Below, piece after piece: positions 22,433 through 35,600 of a stretch of 64,000 nucleotides of DNA. A program made the translations under genes and the position numbers. Each line of letters opens with the position of its first letter. Positions within the stretch are counted from its first letter, which is position 1. A model generated the notes under the pieces. It saw nothing but the letters and a program-made list of their open reading frames with translations. It ran no database searches and was not told the DNA's origin. This DNA comes from Selaginella moellendorffii (taxonomy: Eukaryota; Plantae; Lycopodiophyta), in assembly GCF_000143415.4 (NCBI RefSeq), contig NW_003314336.1, positions 113,296 to 177,295 of the forward strand, in the 5' to 3' direction.

Positions 22433-24540
22433 GTAACTTACATTCAGCGTGCCTTCAGGTCCTAATATATAACATTACTCAATTTCTTAAATAGATTCTT
22501 TAATTGAATTTTGCATAAGTATATAGAGTTCTATCCTGCAAAAATTTGTTCACTAGATCTTACGCATTTGCTAGGTTTTCCTCTAGTTCCCATGTTGCTT
22601 TGCAATGTGGAAATCCTTTCCACTTCACATGGAACTCCCTCACCTCATGTCCTTGTCACTTGCTCTTATGCATATTGAGGATGGCCTCAACTTCATATTT
22701 CTTTTCTGCTTAGATAACCTTAGGTAAAAGTCTTATGTGGTCCTTGCGAAATGAATCCTCAAAGTACAGATTGAATAACTTCATGTGGAACGTAGGGTGC
22801 ATCTTCCCCATCTCCCAAGCAAGTCGGAGGCGGTAGCCACCTTACCAATTCGAGCCTCAATCTCATAAAGCCCCACAAACTTTTCAACTTAGTGTGATAC
22901 TGTTCCAAAAAAGTTTTCCAGAACTTACTGATGAAGATCTTATCTAAATTTGAGATAATCTTTTTTGGCCTTCCTCACACTTGAACCACTTGTTTGAAGA
23001 ACAACTTTACCACACCTTCCACATCCACTTCCATTGTGGTGGGTGTAAAATGTGCCATCTTTAAGAACTAGTCCACCACCATTAATATTGCATCAAACCC
23101 CTCACTTGGGGGGAGTATTGTGATGAAGTCTATCGTAAGACATTTCCACAAAAAATCTGGAGTTGGGAGGCTTTGTAACAACCTTCCAGTAACCTTAGTT
23201 ACGGCTTTGACCTGCTGACATGTTGGACATGTCTTTACATAATTTTGGACATTCTTAGCCATGTATCAGTGATACTTCCTCTTGAGTAAGCCCATCATCT
23301 TGGACACTCTGCCATGTCTTGCAAAAGGTCCATTATGACACTCTTCTAAGGCTACCTTGTCCAACTTTTTTGAGAAAAACGCTATTGGATGGTTGTCTTG
23401 CTTCAAAATTGCACCCAATGCAAACTTTGAAGCACCTTGAAGTCCTTACCAAAGTGTAGTAATGCCAATATATGAGCCTTCCTCAACTTCCTTTTGAGGT
23501 GGACAAATGCCACCTCGCATTCCACTATCCACACCATCTTCCTTTTCTCATTTAAAGGTAGGGCTACTCTCGAATAGAGGTTGATATACTTTTGGTAGTA
23601 GTTGCATAGCCTCAAGAATGCCCTTAACTCGTGTACATTTGATGGTCGTTCCCATTCCTGGATCGCTTAGACCTTTTCAACGTCCACTTTGAGCTCGTCC
23701 TTGCCCACCACATGCCTGAAAAACTTTATCTCTTCTTGAGTAAAGTCACATTTGCTCTTTTTAGTATACAACTTGTGTTCCCTTAGTTTTTCAAACACTT
23801 TTATCAAGTGTTCGGCATACTTCTCTAGTGTTTTGCTATAGATCAAGATGTCGTCAATATAGACGACCATGATATGATCTATATAGAGTACAAAAATGTG
23901 GTTCATCGGTACTAAGAACGTTGTTAGTGCATTGCACAGCCCAAAGGGCATCACTAGAAATTCAAAGCTTCCATACCTTGTCCAACAGGTTGTCTTCTCA
24001 ATATCTTCCTCTGCTACCCAAATCTAGTAGTATCCTGACATTAGATTAATCCTCAAGAAGTATTTTGCCTTTCCCAATCTATTGAATAAGTTCTCAATCC
24101 TTGGTAAAGGGTATTTATTTTTTTTTGTATACTTGTTGAGCAACCGGTAGTCTATACATAGTGTATAAAGCCATTTTTCATTTTCACAAATAACACCGGT
24201 GCCCCATATAGCAACTTACTCAACCTAACATACCCCTTTTCCACCAACTCCTCAAGTTTACAATTGAGCTTCTTGAGTTCCTTTTCGTTCAACTAATAGG
24301 GGGGACGAACCACCACCTTAGCACCCTCAACCACCTTAATATTATATGCTATCAATTGTGTGGGGGTAACCTTGCTAGTAACTCCTCCAGCATGGTATTT
24401 TGAAATTGGTCCAACATCTACTGAATCAGTAAAGGTATTTTTTCTGTTCCTGTTTTTTTGTCACTCCTCATTGAGAGTAAAAACAAAAATGCTGCCTTGG
24501 TTCTCTTACACCTTACATTAGCCATCTCCCAGCAATTCGC
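22433..24540 (-). mobile_element. Deleted chromovirus (Ty3/Gypsy) fragment, same family as 57636-61576
   Basis: RT (MPFGLCNA, YIDDILIYS), integrase (CPTCQQVK, DFIT) and chromodomain (YEVEAILN...REFHVKWKGFP). The 3' flank is homologous to 60000-60105. Confidence 0.9.
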
Positions 24541-26988
24541 CTCTATCCTTAAAACTAACGAAAAGACTCCAATACCAAATTGTAAGTTTAAATAAATTTT
24601 GCCTTTCCAATTTACTAGCTTACTTTATCTATCCAATAAACTTTATTATAATACAATTAATTTCTTAATGTTAAGTGTACTTTAGCTTCCTACATTTCTG
24701 TAAATATCCACATTGATAGGAATAATATTCAAAATAAAAAAACAAGTTTTATATCATATATGGAAGTTTGGATTTCAAAAGTTATAGGGAAGTTATGATT
24801 TCAATATCTTTAAGCAAGTTTAAAACATTTGAACATTTGAGGGGAACCTTTGATTGTCCTTGAGGAGTGTTTGAATTTGGGATTTTGGTTTAGATCTAAC
24901 TTTTGCATTGTCTAGATCTAACTTTTTCCATTTTCTTTCTTTTGTTCTTCCTTTTCAGGAGTTTGGTTTAGATCTAGCTTTTTGCATTGTCTAGATCTAC
25001 AATTTCCTTCTAGCTTTTTGTCATTGATCTTCTTTTGCTCTTTCTTTTTCGTTCATTTTCATGGCAGATCAACAATCTCCTCCTTTGACTCTGGAGCAGC
25101 AGTTGGTCTAATTACTTGATGCTATGCACTTGCAATTGAACAACCAAACTCAATTGATGGTGGCATTCACAGCACATGCTACAACTCCTCCTACTCTTGG
25201 TGTCAATCCTCATGTTCAGCTGGAGTTCTTTCGCAGGAATTCTGGGGATGATGTGTACCATTGGTTCGATCACTTCACAGTGATTGCCACATATCATTCT
25301 TGGGATGATATTTGACATTTGTGTGAGTTTCCCACGTGTCTCCAAGGGACGGCGTTGCAATGGTATAATGGTTTGAGTGTAGCCACTCGTGGGGATTCAA
25401 GTGTTCTCCCGAATGTCTTCAAATGCGCTTTTGGACATGCCGATGACTGTGATTATGCCTTCCAACAATTGCATCATCTTCGCCACGGGCCATCTGAGTT
25501 AGTGATGCAATTTGGCATTCATTTCTAAAGTCTTTTGCTTCGTGCGGAGCCCAATATGTCAGAGCGGAACAAGCTAGGAATATTGTGGCTAGCACTTCGT
25601 CAAGATCTTGTCGGACTTGTGTATGCACTTGCTCCCGCCACCCTTGATGATGCTCTTCGTTTGGCACAACGTTATGAGATGTCACCTCTTCCACTTCTCG
25701 CTGCACATCCTTCAGCTCCACTTCCTATGAGTGATGGTCCTGTTCCAATGGAGGTTGATGCTGCTGCTACTCGAGTCCAAGGACAAGGGCGAGGATGTGG
25801 TCATGGCTGTGATGTTCGCTGCTAGGCATGTGACGAAGTTGGTCATACTTATCGGTGTTGTCGGTGTTTTCTGGATTGGTGACCTCCATTTCAAGGGTGG
25901 AGACCTTGGCATCAGCAACGTCCCATTGGTGTTGCTGCAGTGGAAGTTTTGGACACCGAAATGAGGAGTCGCACAAGTAATGGAGGGACCTTGCGCAAAT
26001 AAGTTGGTGACCCCTCCATCTTTCTTTTGGGAGTATTATCAAGGGGTTCACTCAGCACTGATTCATCCAGTGTTTACTTTCCAAGATCATTTTTATAACA
26101 AGAGGTCTTCTATTATTCTCTCCGTGTTGGTTGATACAGGTTCAAATTTATCTTCTATTGCTCGACCTGTTGCCACGCATTGTCATCTACACTTGCGTCG
26201 TGTGGCGGAACCAGTTTTCATTCTTTATAGCAACAGCCGTATACATGCATGTCATGGGATGAGACGGACCTGGTTGTGCATGTGGGTGATCTCAAGCTTG
26301 AGTTGCAGTCGTTGCGGGTGGTGCCGAGTCAAACTTTTGACCTCATTCTCGGTATGGATTGGTTGCAGCGCAATTATGCCAAGTGTGACTTTGAGGCTTC
26401 TCCCCCTTATCTCATACTTCCTTATGTTTCATCCATTCCTCTCACTTTCGTACCTCTTTGTTCCTCTACTTCTACCTCTGCTTCTATTACTTTCTCTCCC
26501 CCACTATGTCCTCCTATGTTTCCATCTTGTTCTACTCTTCCCTTTTCCGATCCCTTTGACGATCTTTGTGTTGCAGCGGTTGACCGGCTCATGAAGGACT
26601 ATTCTGATCTCTTTGAATTTGACCTATCTTCTCAGGCCAATATTGCCACACGTCATCCGATTCCAACCAGGGATGCTCGTCCAATCAAGGTTCCTATTCG
26701 TCGTCGGTCACCCAAGGAGATCAAGATTTTACGTGCAAACATCAAGGAGATGCTAAAGAAGGGTGTTATTTGGAAGTCGCGGAGTCTTTGGGCATGTGAA
26801 CCTCATCTTGTGACGAAGCCTGATGCGAGTATTTGTTTCTGCATTGACTATCGTCCGTTAAACGAAGTGACGATCCCGAATGTGTACCCTCTTCCTCACT
26901 GTTGATCTCTCTAGGGCAAAGTCATTGGTTCACCAAGCTAGATCTTGCTTCTGGGTACTGGCAAGTACCGATGGCCGAAGAAGATATT

Positions 26989-28647
26989 TGTAAGCAACTA
27001 ATTTTTCCATTTTTACTTTAATCACTTAACCGCACCTCCGACCACTTGGAGGAGTCTCACTCATAACCTCCGTAAGTCCTATTTTGGACTTGGGCTTACT
27101 AGCCCCGAGAATCACATCCCCGCCACTCAACTTTTGCACTTGGTCCAAGTGCTCCATGTGTCCGATCCCATGACCGACACCCCAAGGTACCACCAACATA
27201 TCAGTCCGTTACACTAAGGCCATGCCTATTCACCTTGGTCACACCGATGGTCTGACACCACCTGCACCCCAGTCCCGTCACTCAAGGACTGGGCCATCCA
27301 TCCACGAGTGATCATCCCAAATCCACTCCTTAGCATCCTTAGGATGCCCACAGACATGGGGATTAACCTTCCCCAATATCTCCGTTCCAGTCCCCACCAA
27401 GTCCCTTTCCGTCCTTGGCCGAGTTCGCCAACGCTGCCACTAGATCAAGGCTCACGGGCCCAACCATTAAGTCACACTGTCCTCTAGGACTTCCTCCCTG
27501 TGTGATTGTGTCCTTGGTCACCACACCAGAGGGCTACTCCTCTTCCTTTCCACAGTCTGGGACTTTGGGACGACATTTCAGAACACCGTGGCACTACACA
27601 GGCCTTGTGGGTACTCTCCCTGCCTTTCGCCTTTAGGTGCTCTAGCCATGGGGTTAGAGCGAGGTTCCATTGAGCCACACTAGGTATCCAAGTAGGTAGT
27701 GCCACCCACACTTGGACTGGGAGCATCGGCCAGACGATCTCCCGGGGGAACTAAAGCCGGCTCTTGAACACTTCACCAAGCTACCCCGCTTGTCGGTCCG
27801 TGTTCACTCTAGTCTTGGACTTCCCAGTGGTCAGCTCATAACCCAACACTGGGTGTAGACTCTCTGGGCCAAACTGGCCTTTCCTGGCCAAACTGGCTCC
27901 ACTGCAGTCCTCCCCCTTACTATACTTTTGGAGCTCACCAAACCCCCCAGGGTCTGGGAGACAAACGCTTTGGGCTTTCACCCTCTTAGACTTGAACTCG
28001 GACTCAGACTCGGACTCGGACTCGGACTTGGCCTCGGTCTCGGTCCCGGTCCCGATCTCGGTCTTGGTCTCAGTCTCGGTCTCGGTCTCGGTCTCGACCT
28101 TGGACTCCATCTCGGGTCCTTCTCGGACTCCATCTCGGATTCCATCTCGGGTCCATCTCGGACTCCATCTCAGACTCTGTCTCGGTCCAGCTCGGACTCC
28201 GTCTCGGTCCACCTCGGACTTCGTCTCGGACTCCATCTCGGACTCCATCTCAGTCCATCTTGGACTCCATCTCGGTCCACCTCGGACTCCATTTCGGACT
28301 CCATCTCGGACTCCATCTCGGACTCCATCTCGGGCTCCACTTCGGACTCCATCTCGGGTCCATCTCGAGCCCCACTTCGGGTCCATCTCGGACTCCACTT
28401 CGGGTCCATCTCGGACACTTCCACGTGTCATGTGTTGGTCCTTTTGGGTCCCTTTTTGGAGCCTCGCTTATTGCTCGCTTCATACTCGTTCTTTGAGCAC
28501 TCCATTGAGAGTTCCACTCCTGCTCTCAACCTCTCAAGTCGGAGCCTTTTAGTCCAAACGTGTTACGCTCGTTTGGCTTTTGCTTCGGCCACTACCACAT
28601 GGCACCCTTTCGGCTCCACTTTGGGGCTTAGGGATTTGTGTCTCACA
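26989..28647 (-). mobile_element. Solo LTR (1659 bp) related to the chromovirus LTR family, inserted in RT
   Basis: TG...CA ends and TSD ATATT (26984-26988/28648-28652). Removal restores EEDIPKTAF. Shares repeat array and terminal sequence with the LTR at 60444-61576. Confidence 0.9.
27995..28420. repeat. 6/12-bp tandem repeat array (GACTCG, GGTCTC, GACTCCATCTCG) inside the LTR
   Basis: Directly visible. Homologous arrays at 57722-57826 and 60530-60790. Confidence 0.9.
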
Positions 28648-29737
28648 ATATTCCTAAGACTGCTTTTCATACACCATTTAGTTTGTAGAAGTTCTTGGTG
28701 ATGCCGTTTAGTTTGAACAATGCTCTAGCAACTTTCCAATAGATCATGGACGAGGTTTTTTGCGATATGCTGGAGGTGACTGCTGACTTCATTGATGATG
28801 TCTTAATCCACTCGGAGGGGACGTGGGAGGAGGACGTTCGTGATGTTTGTAAAGTGTTGGATCGGCTGCGCGACGTTAGTTTAAAGCTGAAGCGGTTGAA
28901 GTGCATGTTTGGGTCCAAGGACACAACTAATTTTGGGTATTATATTTTTTGTGAAGGTTTGCATGTTGATCCTGACAAACTTGTGGCTGTTCTAAAGTTC
29001 CCTACTCCAAAGTGTGTGAATGATGTGTAGTGCTTCTTGGGCAAGGTGCAGTATCTCGGTCGTTTTGTGGATCATCTTTTTGATCGCACTGCACTGTTGC
29101 AAGCATTGCTAAAGTTATCAACATCATCTTTCATCTAGTCTCTAGATTGTGAGTGGGCATTTGGGGATCTCAAAGAACTATTAACGACTCCTCCGGTTTT
29201 GGCATATCCTAACTACACTCAACCTTTTATTTTGCGCGTGAATGCTTTTGACATTGGTCTTAGAGGTGTGTTAATGCAAGAGAGCTCGAGTGTGCCTAGT
29301 CAGCACCATCCTATTGCGTCTATAAACCGTACATTACAACTAGCGGAGATGAACTACTCCACGACAGAGAAGGAGTGTTTAGCAGCAATCTAGGGTTTTG
29401 AGAAACTTCATGCATATTAAATGGTTCTCAAACATTACTTGAAGGTGACCATGCTGCTCTTATCTCATTATTGAAGTAGAAGAACTTGGTCGTACTGCTC
29501 GATGGGCTTTGAAGCTTCAAATATATGATTTTGATGTTGTTCATCGCCCAGGGAGTTCTATGGCTGATGCTAATGCTCTTTCTCTAGCTCTTCTTCCTTC
29601 TCCACTCTCTTCTCATATTTTTTACGAGCCTGTTGTTCCAGCATCTATGGATTTTTTAGCTGAGGATTCTGTGCTGATGGCAATTACTATACTTGACGTT
29701 CAGTGTCCACAAGGCACAAAGCAAGATATACCTTCTC

Positions 29738-30548
29738 AGTTGGAATCTTGAGTCAATCTACCAAAGAAGGCTTACTTGGAGCGCTACCCCGTCTAGCCTC
29801 GAGTGCCTCAACACGCCCACACATGGTATCTATCATGCCATACATCTCGTCTTGCATCTCTTGCTAATTTTGATTAAGGGCTCATAGTTCATGAACCACA
29901 TCTTGAATGGTCCAAATCTCCATAGCTTTGTCGGCACCATTGTTGGCACCACCATCGACAATAGGATTCCAGCGTTCAGCTTGGTCAGCCATCACAACCA
30001 ACTTCTCTGATGAGCAATGATACCAATGTTAGGATCCTATCCCTTACACCCTAAACCAACTGGCTAAAGGGGTGATCACTTGATTGTAGGGCCCTTTCCT
30101 TATCCTATTATCTTGACTGGTGCCTAACAATCCTCCCTCTAGTCAGGGAATGATCGTCCGTGAACATACTTAGGCCACCCTCTAGTCACCATGGTCCTTC
30201 TCTTAGGGTCTACCAAACCTTGGTTCTCCCTCTAGATTCACCATGTTGAATATTCCTTCAGAATATTCCTGCCCCACTCCTCAGCCACGAGAATCGAACT
30301 GGTCTCTGATACCAATGTTATAATCCAGCGCAAAAAGACAAAGATCTAGTTGCCCTAGATTATGCTACGCCACCTTTTGAGGTTCCTCACCACCTAACCA
30401 CCCCCAAGCTACCTCAAAAACTCCACTGTGCCGCCGCTCCTCTGTGAGCCCTAGGGTAGGTTAAGTCCCTTACCCTAACATGCCTTAATATACCCTTGAG
30501 CCTCCCTTTGACTGACATTGACCATGTAGTCAAAGCTGGCGCCTAACA
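29738..30548 (-). mobile_element. Inverted 5' end of the Gypsy element that continues at 32613-36995: 233-bp LTR (30316-30548), embedded TRIM part, PBS and gag start
   Basis: The LTR is the reverse complement of 36763-36995. Its outer flank (GTGTT on -) equals the flank at 36996-37000. gag ...LKIPT joins FSGDGGVDE at 32613. Confidence 0.88.
30027..30315 (-). mobile_element. Non-5S TRIM segment: PBS, 170-bp internal region, PPT, 103-bp LTR (30027-30129)
   Basis: Minus strand: TGGTATCAGAGACC ... AGAGGGAGGAT | TGTTAGGCACCAG...GGATCCTAACA | TTGGTATCA. Confidence 0.75.
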
Positions 30549-30843
30549 AACACTTTGAAGCAGCACCCACCACTCTGGTTCCACCGCGTCACAGCACCAC
30601 ATTGAGCAAAGCCACTGCCAGATGAAGAATCCAGGAGGCTATGGTGGCACACAAGTTCCTGAGCAGCCCCAGCAACAAATGCAAGTACTCCAGGTAGAGA
30701 AGCGAGGGATGATTAAAATGGTGTCCAAGACCCTTGCAGAGTTGGGAGGATCATAGATCTGACTCTAGTGCAATCCAATTCTCAAAGTACTCTCACAGCG
30801 CTGGAAGGAAAACAAGGATCTTAGGCAACAATTTGTCCACATA

Positions 30844-31980
30844 TGTTAGGCACCAGCTTTGACCACGTGGTCAACATCTGTCAAAGGGAGGCTCAAGGTA
30901 TATTAAGGCATATTAGGGTAAGGGATTTAACCTACCCACAGTGGAGTCGTGGCATAGTGGAGCTTTTGAGGTAGCTCAGGGGTAGTTGGGTGGTGAGGAA
31001 CCTCAAGAGGAGGCGTAGTATAGTCTAGGAAGACTAGATTTTTGTCTTTTTGCGCTGGATCATAAAATTGGTATTAGAGGAGTTGGTTGCGATGGCTGAC
31101 CAAGCTGAATGCTAGAATCCTATTGTCGATGGTGGTGCTGATGGAGTTGCGGAGATTTGGATCATTCAAGATGTTGTTCATGAACTACAAGCCCTTAATT
31201 GAAATCAGCAAGAGATGCAAGATAAGATGCATGGCATGATGGATACCATATGTGGGCGTGTTAAAGCACTCGAGCTTGGACATTGTAGCGCTCCAAGTAA
31301 GCCTTCTTTGGTAGATTGACTCAAGATTCCAACCTTTTCCAATGATGCTGGTGTAGACGAGTGTCTCACTTGGCTAGCCAATGTGAAGTTCTTGGCTGCT
31401 AGAGGCTTTAGTGGCTATTCCAATGGTTTTGCGTAATGCGGGTTTTCGATGGTGGAATTGGCTTGAGGAGTCTCATGTTATGGATAAGAAACCACCAGTG
31501 TCTACCATGGATGAGTTTGAGGCTGCTTTCCATTTACGTTTTGCCCCTCATTACGACGTGGAGAATGCTCGTACAAAACTTTGACATTTTCAGCAAGGGA
31601 AAATGACACTTGGGGACTATATTGAGAAGCTTACTCGCTTGATTAGCCATGTTCCAACAAAGGATCCAGATCAGAACAAGTCCTACTTCATTAATGGCCT
31701 ACAGTGAGAGCATGTGGCAACACTTGCGTCATTCTCAACCTACAAAGAGTTTGCAGGAGCTCTTTGATGCGGCTCATCGACTTGACAATGACAAGCACAA
31801 GTCTCCCATGCGGTCGTAGAGTCCTTTTGTCAAGAATCATTGTGATGATCACCATGGACACAAGGATGGGAACAAGCATCACAAGTTGAAGTCAGTGGTG
31901 ACTACTTCGGATGCAAAGGGGTCCAAGAAGCAGAAGTTCTTTATGAAGAATTATAGATAGGGTGTCATAATTGCGGCGAA
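30844..31980 (+). mobile_element. Truncated second copy (LTR-PBS-gag) of the 233-bp-LTR Gypsy family
   Basis: LTR 30844-31067, PBS TGGTATTAGAGG, gag paralogous to 32620-33280. Breaks at about 31980 in the zinc knuckle. Confidence 0.88.
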
Positions 31981-32615
31981 GAGACGGTAAATAACCATCC
32001 CAATCCGAATGTTGAAAGTTCACATACTTCGCGATCATCCCTTTGAACATCTGAATGAGCGGTTCCACCAAATCATCTGATTGTGGATGATAAGCACTCA
32101 TAAAAGTGTGGCATATCCCCAACTGAGATGTCAAAACATGAAATGCCTCAGCCATAAATGTGGAACCATTATCCGAAAGAATCTGCTCTGGACAAGAATC
32201 CTGGAACACCACTCGATTGAGGAGGAAGTATCTAACAACAATTACAGAGGCATTAGCAAGGGCACCAACTTCCACCCAATGAGTCAAGTAGTCAGAAGAA
32301 ATAATAACATACTCATTACTAGTAGTCGATCGTGGAAAAGGTCCCATAAGATCAAACACCACCAACTCAAACAGATGGGAAACTGCAATTGACTCCAACC
32401 GTCCTTCCGCAGTATGAGGGGGAATATTACGAGCTTGGCACCAAATGCAACTATGCACATACCGGATAATATCACGTCGCATCTCCGGCTAATAGAAATA
32501 CCTGCGCAGCTTCTCAGCCATATGACGATATCCCATATGCCCACCTAGAATAAGAGAATCATGGTAGGCATGGAGAAACCACAGAATAAAGACAAAAGGC
32601 ACCACTAGCCATACT
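31979..32615 (-). mobile_element. Integrase fragment belonging to the 25061 Gypsy (inverted)
   Basis: HAYHD...GGHMG, CIWCQ, FDLMGPFP, ILSDNG, AYHPQSD motifs. Confidence 0.88.
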
Positions 32616-35600
32616 TTTTCTGGTGATGGTGGTGTGGACGAATGTCTCGTTTGGCTAACCAATGTGAAGAAGTTCTTGGCTGCTAGAGGAACTCCAGATG
32701 CAGAGGCTTTAGTGGCTATTCCGATGGTTTTGAGTGATGCAGGTCTTCGATGGTGGAATTGGCTTGAGGAGTCCCGTGTTGTGGATAAGAAACCACCAAT
32801 GTCTACCATAGATGAGTTTGAGGTTGCTTTCCGTTTATATTTTGCCCCTCATTATGACATGGAGAATGCTTGTACAGAACTTCAACATTTCCAGCAAGGG
32901 AAAATGACGCTCGGGGACTATATTGAGAAGCTTACTCGCTTGATTAGTCGTGTTCCAATGAAGGATCCAGATCAGAACAAGTCCTACTTCATTGATGGCC
33001 TACATAGTGAGAGCATGCGGCAACACTTGCATCATTCTCAACCTACAAAGAGTTTGGAGGAGCTCTTTGATGCAGCTTGTCGACTTGACAATGACAAGCA
33101 CAAGTCTCGCAAGCGTTCGTAGAGTCCTTCTGTTGAGAATTATCGTGATGATCACTGTGAACACAAGGATGGGAACAAGCATCATAAGTTGAAGTCGATG
33201 GTGACAACTTCAGATGCAAAGGGGTCCAAGAAGCAGAAGTTCTTTGTGAAAAATTATAGATAGTTATCATCATTGCGGTGAACTTGGACACTACAAGGCT
33301 GATTGTCTGCAGTTGAAGAACAAGCAGTAGGACAAGAAGAATGGCCAATCTTCTTCTCACGGTAAGTCAGATACTAAAAAGTTGCAAACTTTGCAGCGTG
33401 AGGATGACGAGAATGACCATTCCGGTCAGAGGAAGCGACTTTCGATCATTGCTTATCAGCTCACCTATGTGTGGAACAAGATGGAGCTCGAGGATACACA
33501 TGAATCAACTTTAATGCGCATGTTCTGTAGCGATCCAGTGTGGATTTTACTGGATAGTGGGAGCGATGACAACTTTGTTTCGGTAAAGTTTGTTGCGGAG
33601 CATGGCCTAGTCACACGCAGAGTTCTTCCATACACAGTGGAAGGTGCAGCTACCTCTGCTCAGCATTTCAATGCTTGTGTCGAGGGGCTGGAAGTGTTAG
33701 TTGGCAAAACCACACTTGTGGAGACTTTTTATCTCGCGGATATCCATCGTGTGGATCTCATTCTTGGGATGCCATAGTTGGTGAAGGTGGATCCCGAGAT
33801 AAAGTAGAGTATTAAGCGTATCTCGCTGGAGTATGGTGGCGTTAAAGATGTGTGGTTTGGCAAGGGTGTTCAACCACCAGTTGTTATGCTCTCTGCTACA
33901 TCTTTGAAGCGGGCTTGTCGTAATGGAAAAGCACTTTCGAGTTACTTACTGTTTGTTCGTGACTTGGGGGACCAAGGCACATGTGGGGGAGAAGCAGCAG
34001 TATGGGATGTACTTAACGAGTTTTCTGATGTTTTTCCACATGAACTTCCTCATGGGTTGCCTCCATTATGAGGTGTGGAGCATGGGATTACATTGGAGCC
34101 GGGGACACGGCCAATTTACCGGTTTCCATTTCGGTTGAGTTATGCGGAGGAGCAAGAAGTTCAACGACAAGTCAAGGAGTTACTTGAGTTTGGATTTATT
34201 CAACCAAGTAAGTCTCCATTTAGTGCTCCGGTCTTGCTTGTGAAGAAGAAGGACGGTTCAATCCGGATGTGTATTGACTACCGCGCTTTAAACAAAAAGA
34301 CAGTGAAGGATAAGATGCCGATGCCACGTGTGGATGATATCCTGGACAAGCTTGGTGAAGCACGAGTGTTTACCAAGATTGATCTGAGGAGTGGATATCA
34401 TCAGATTGCAATGGATGATGCATCTATCTCCAAAACAGCATTTAACACAAACTTTGGACATTTTGAGTTTACAGTTATGCTGTTTGGTTTGACAAATGCA
34501 CTGGCCACATTTACTCGGTTAATGGTTTACTCGGAGGTGTTTGGGCGTTATCTTCATGAGTTTGTAGAGATTTTCTTGGACAATATTCTTGTTTTTAGCA
34601 AGAATATGGAGGAGCATAGGGTGCATTTGCACAAGGTTCTTTTGTTACTTCGAGACAACAAACTTTATGCGAAGAAGAGCTAATGTGAATTTGCAAAGTC
34701 GAAGGTAGAATATTTAGGCCATATTGTGACATCTAAAGGTGTCAAGACGGATCCAAAGAAGGTGGCTGTGGTGGAAAACTAGCCTACACTGACTACAGTG
34801 GCCGAGTTGTGCAGTTTTCTTGGTTTGGCTAGTTACTATCGACGTTTCCAGCATAAGTTTGCCAAGGTGGCTATTCCTTTGACGCGGTTGTTACACAAGA
34901 ATGTGCCATTCGAGTGGAAGAAGCCACAAGAGGAGAGTTTTGTGGCGCTGAAATGATTGTTGAGTGAGACTCTAGTACTTCACACTGCTGATCCATTGAA
35001 ACCTTACGAGGTGACATGCAATGCGAGTGGTTATGCACTGGGAGGAGTTCTCATGCAAGAGGGACACCCTATTGCATATGAGAATCGAACTTTGAATTCC
35101 GCAGAGCAACGTTATTCCACATATGAGCAAAAGTTACTCTCTATTGTTTATGCTTTGCGGATGTGGCGGCACTATCTTTATGGTGCAGTGTTCGTGGTGT
35201 TGACAGCTCACAAACCACTTGTGTATCTTTTCACACATAAGGAGTTGAACACTAGGCAAGCTCGTTGGATGGTTAAACTCATGGAGTTTGGGGAGTTTCC
35301 TATTGAGCATTATCTAGGAAAATAAAATGTGATGGCAGATGCTTTATCTCGTGTTTGTCATGTGACGACGTTACAAACACGATTTTGTCATCATTTGAGT
35401 AAGGTGGTCAGCGAGTTTGGGCAGTTGGTTGAGCATACTCTAGCTTAGGATGCTGAGGTGGCCTCTTTGTGAGACCAGGTGGAAGCTCCTTTCTCATTGG
35501 TGGATGGGATTGTCTACTACAATGGCCATGTATATTTGCCACAGGTGGATGCGTTAATTACTCAAGTTTTATTCCATTATCATGATCATCTAGAAGCCAA

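Larger units (their letters stand above)
25061..29737 (+). mobile_element. Ty3/Gypsy retrotransposon (gag-PR-RT-RH), degenerate; its integrase is displaced by inversion to 31979-32615
   Basis: gag from ATG 25061 with PVPMEVDA and a knuckle, protease VLVDTGS, RT CIDYRPLN / DLASGYWQ / FIDDVLI, RNase H NYSTTEKECLA. Confidence 0.9.

Noticed and set aside
27781-28701. Long ORFs on both strands (216-257 aa)
   Set aside because: By-products of stop-free 6/12-bp tandem repeats in a solo LTR.
33362-33396. GTAAGT...TTGCAG possible intron at the gag-protease junction
   Set aside because: Only 35 nt, and the frame already reads through (HGKSDTKKLQTLQ), so splicing is not needed.
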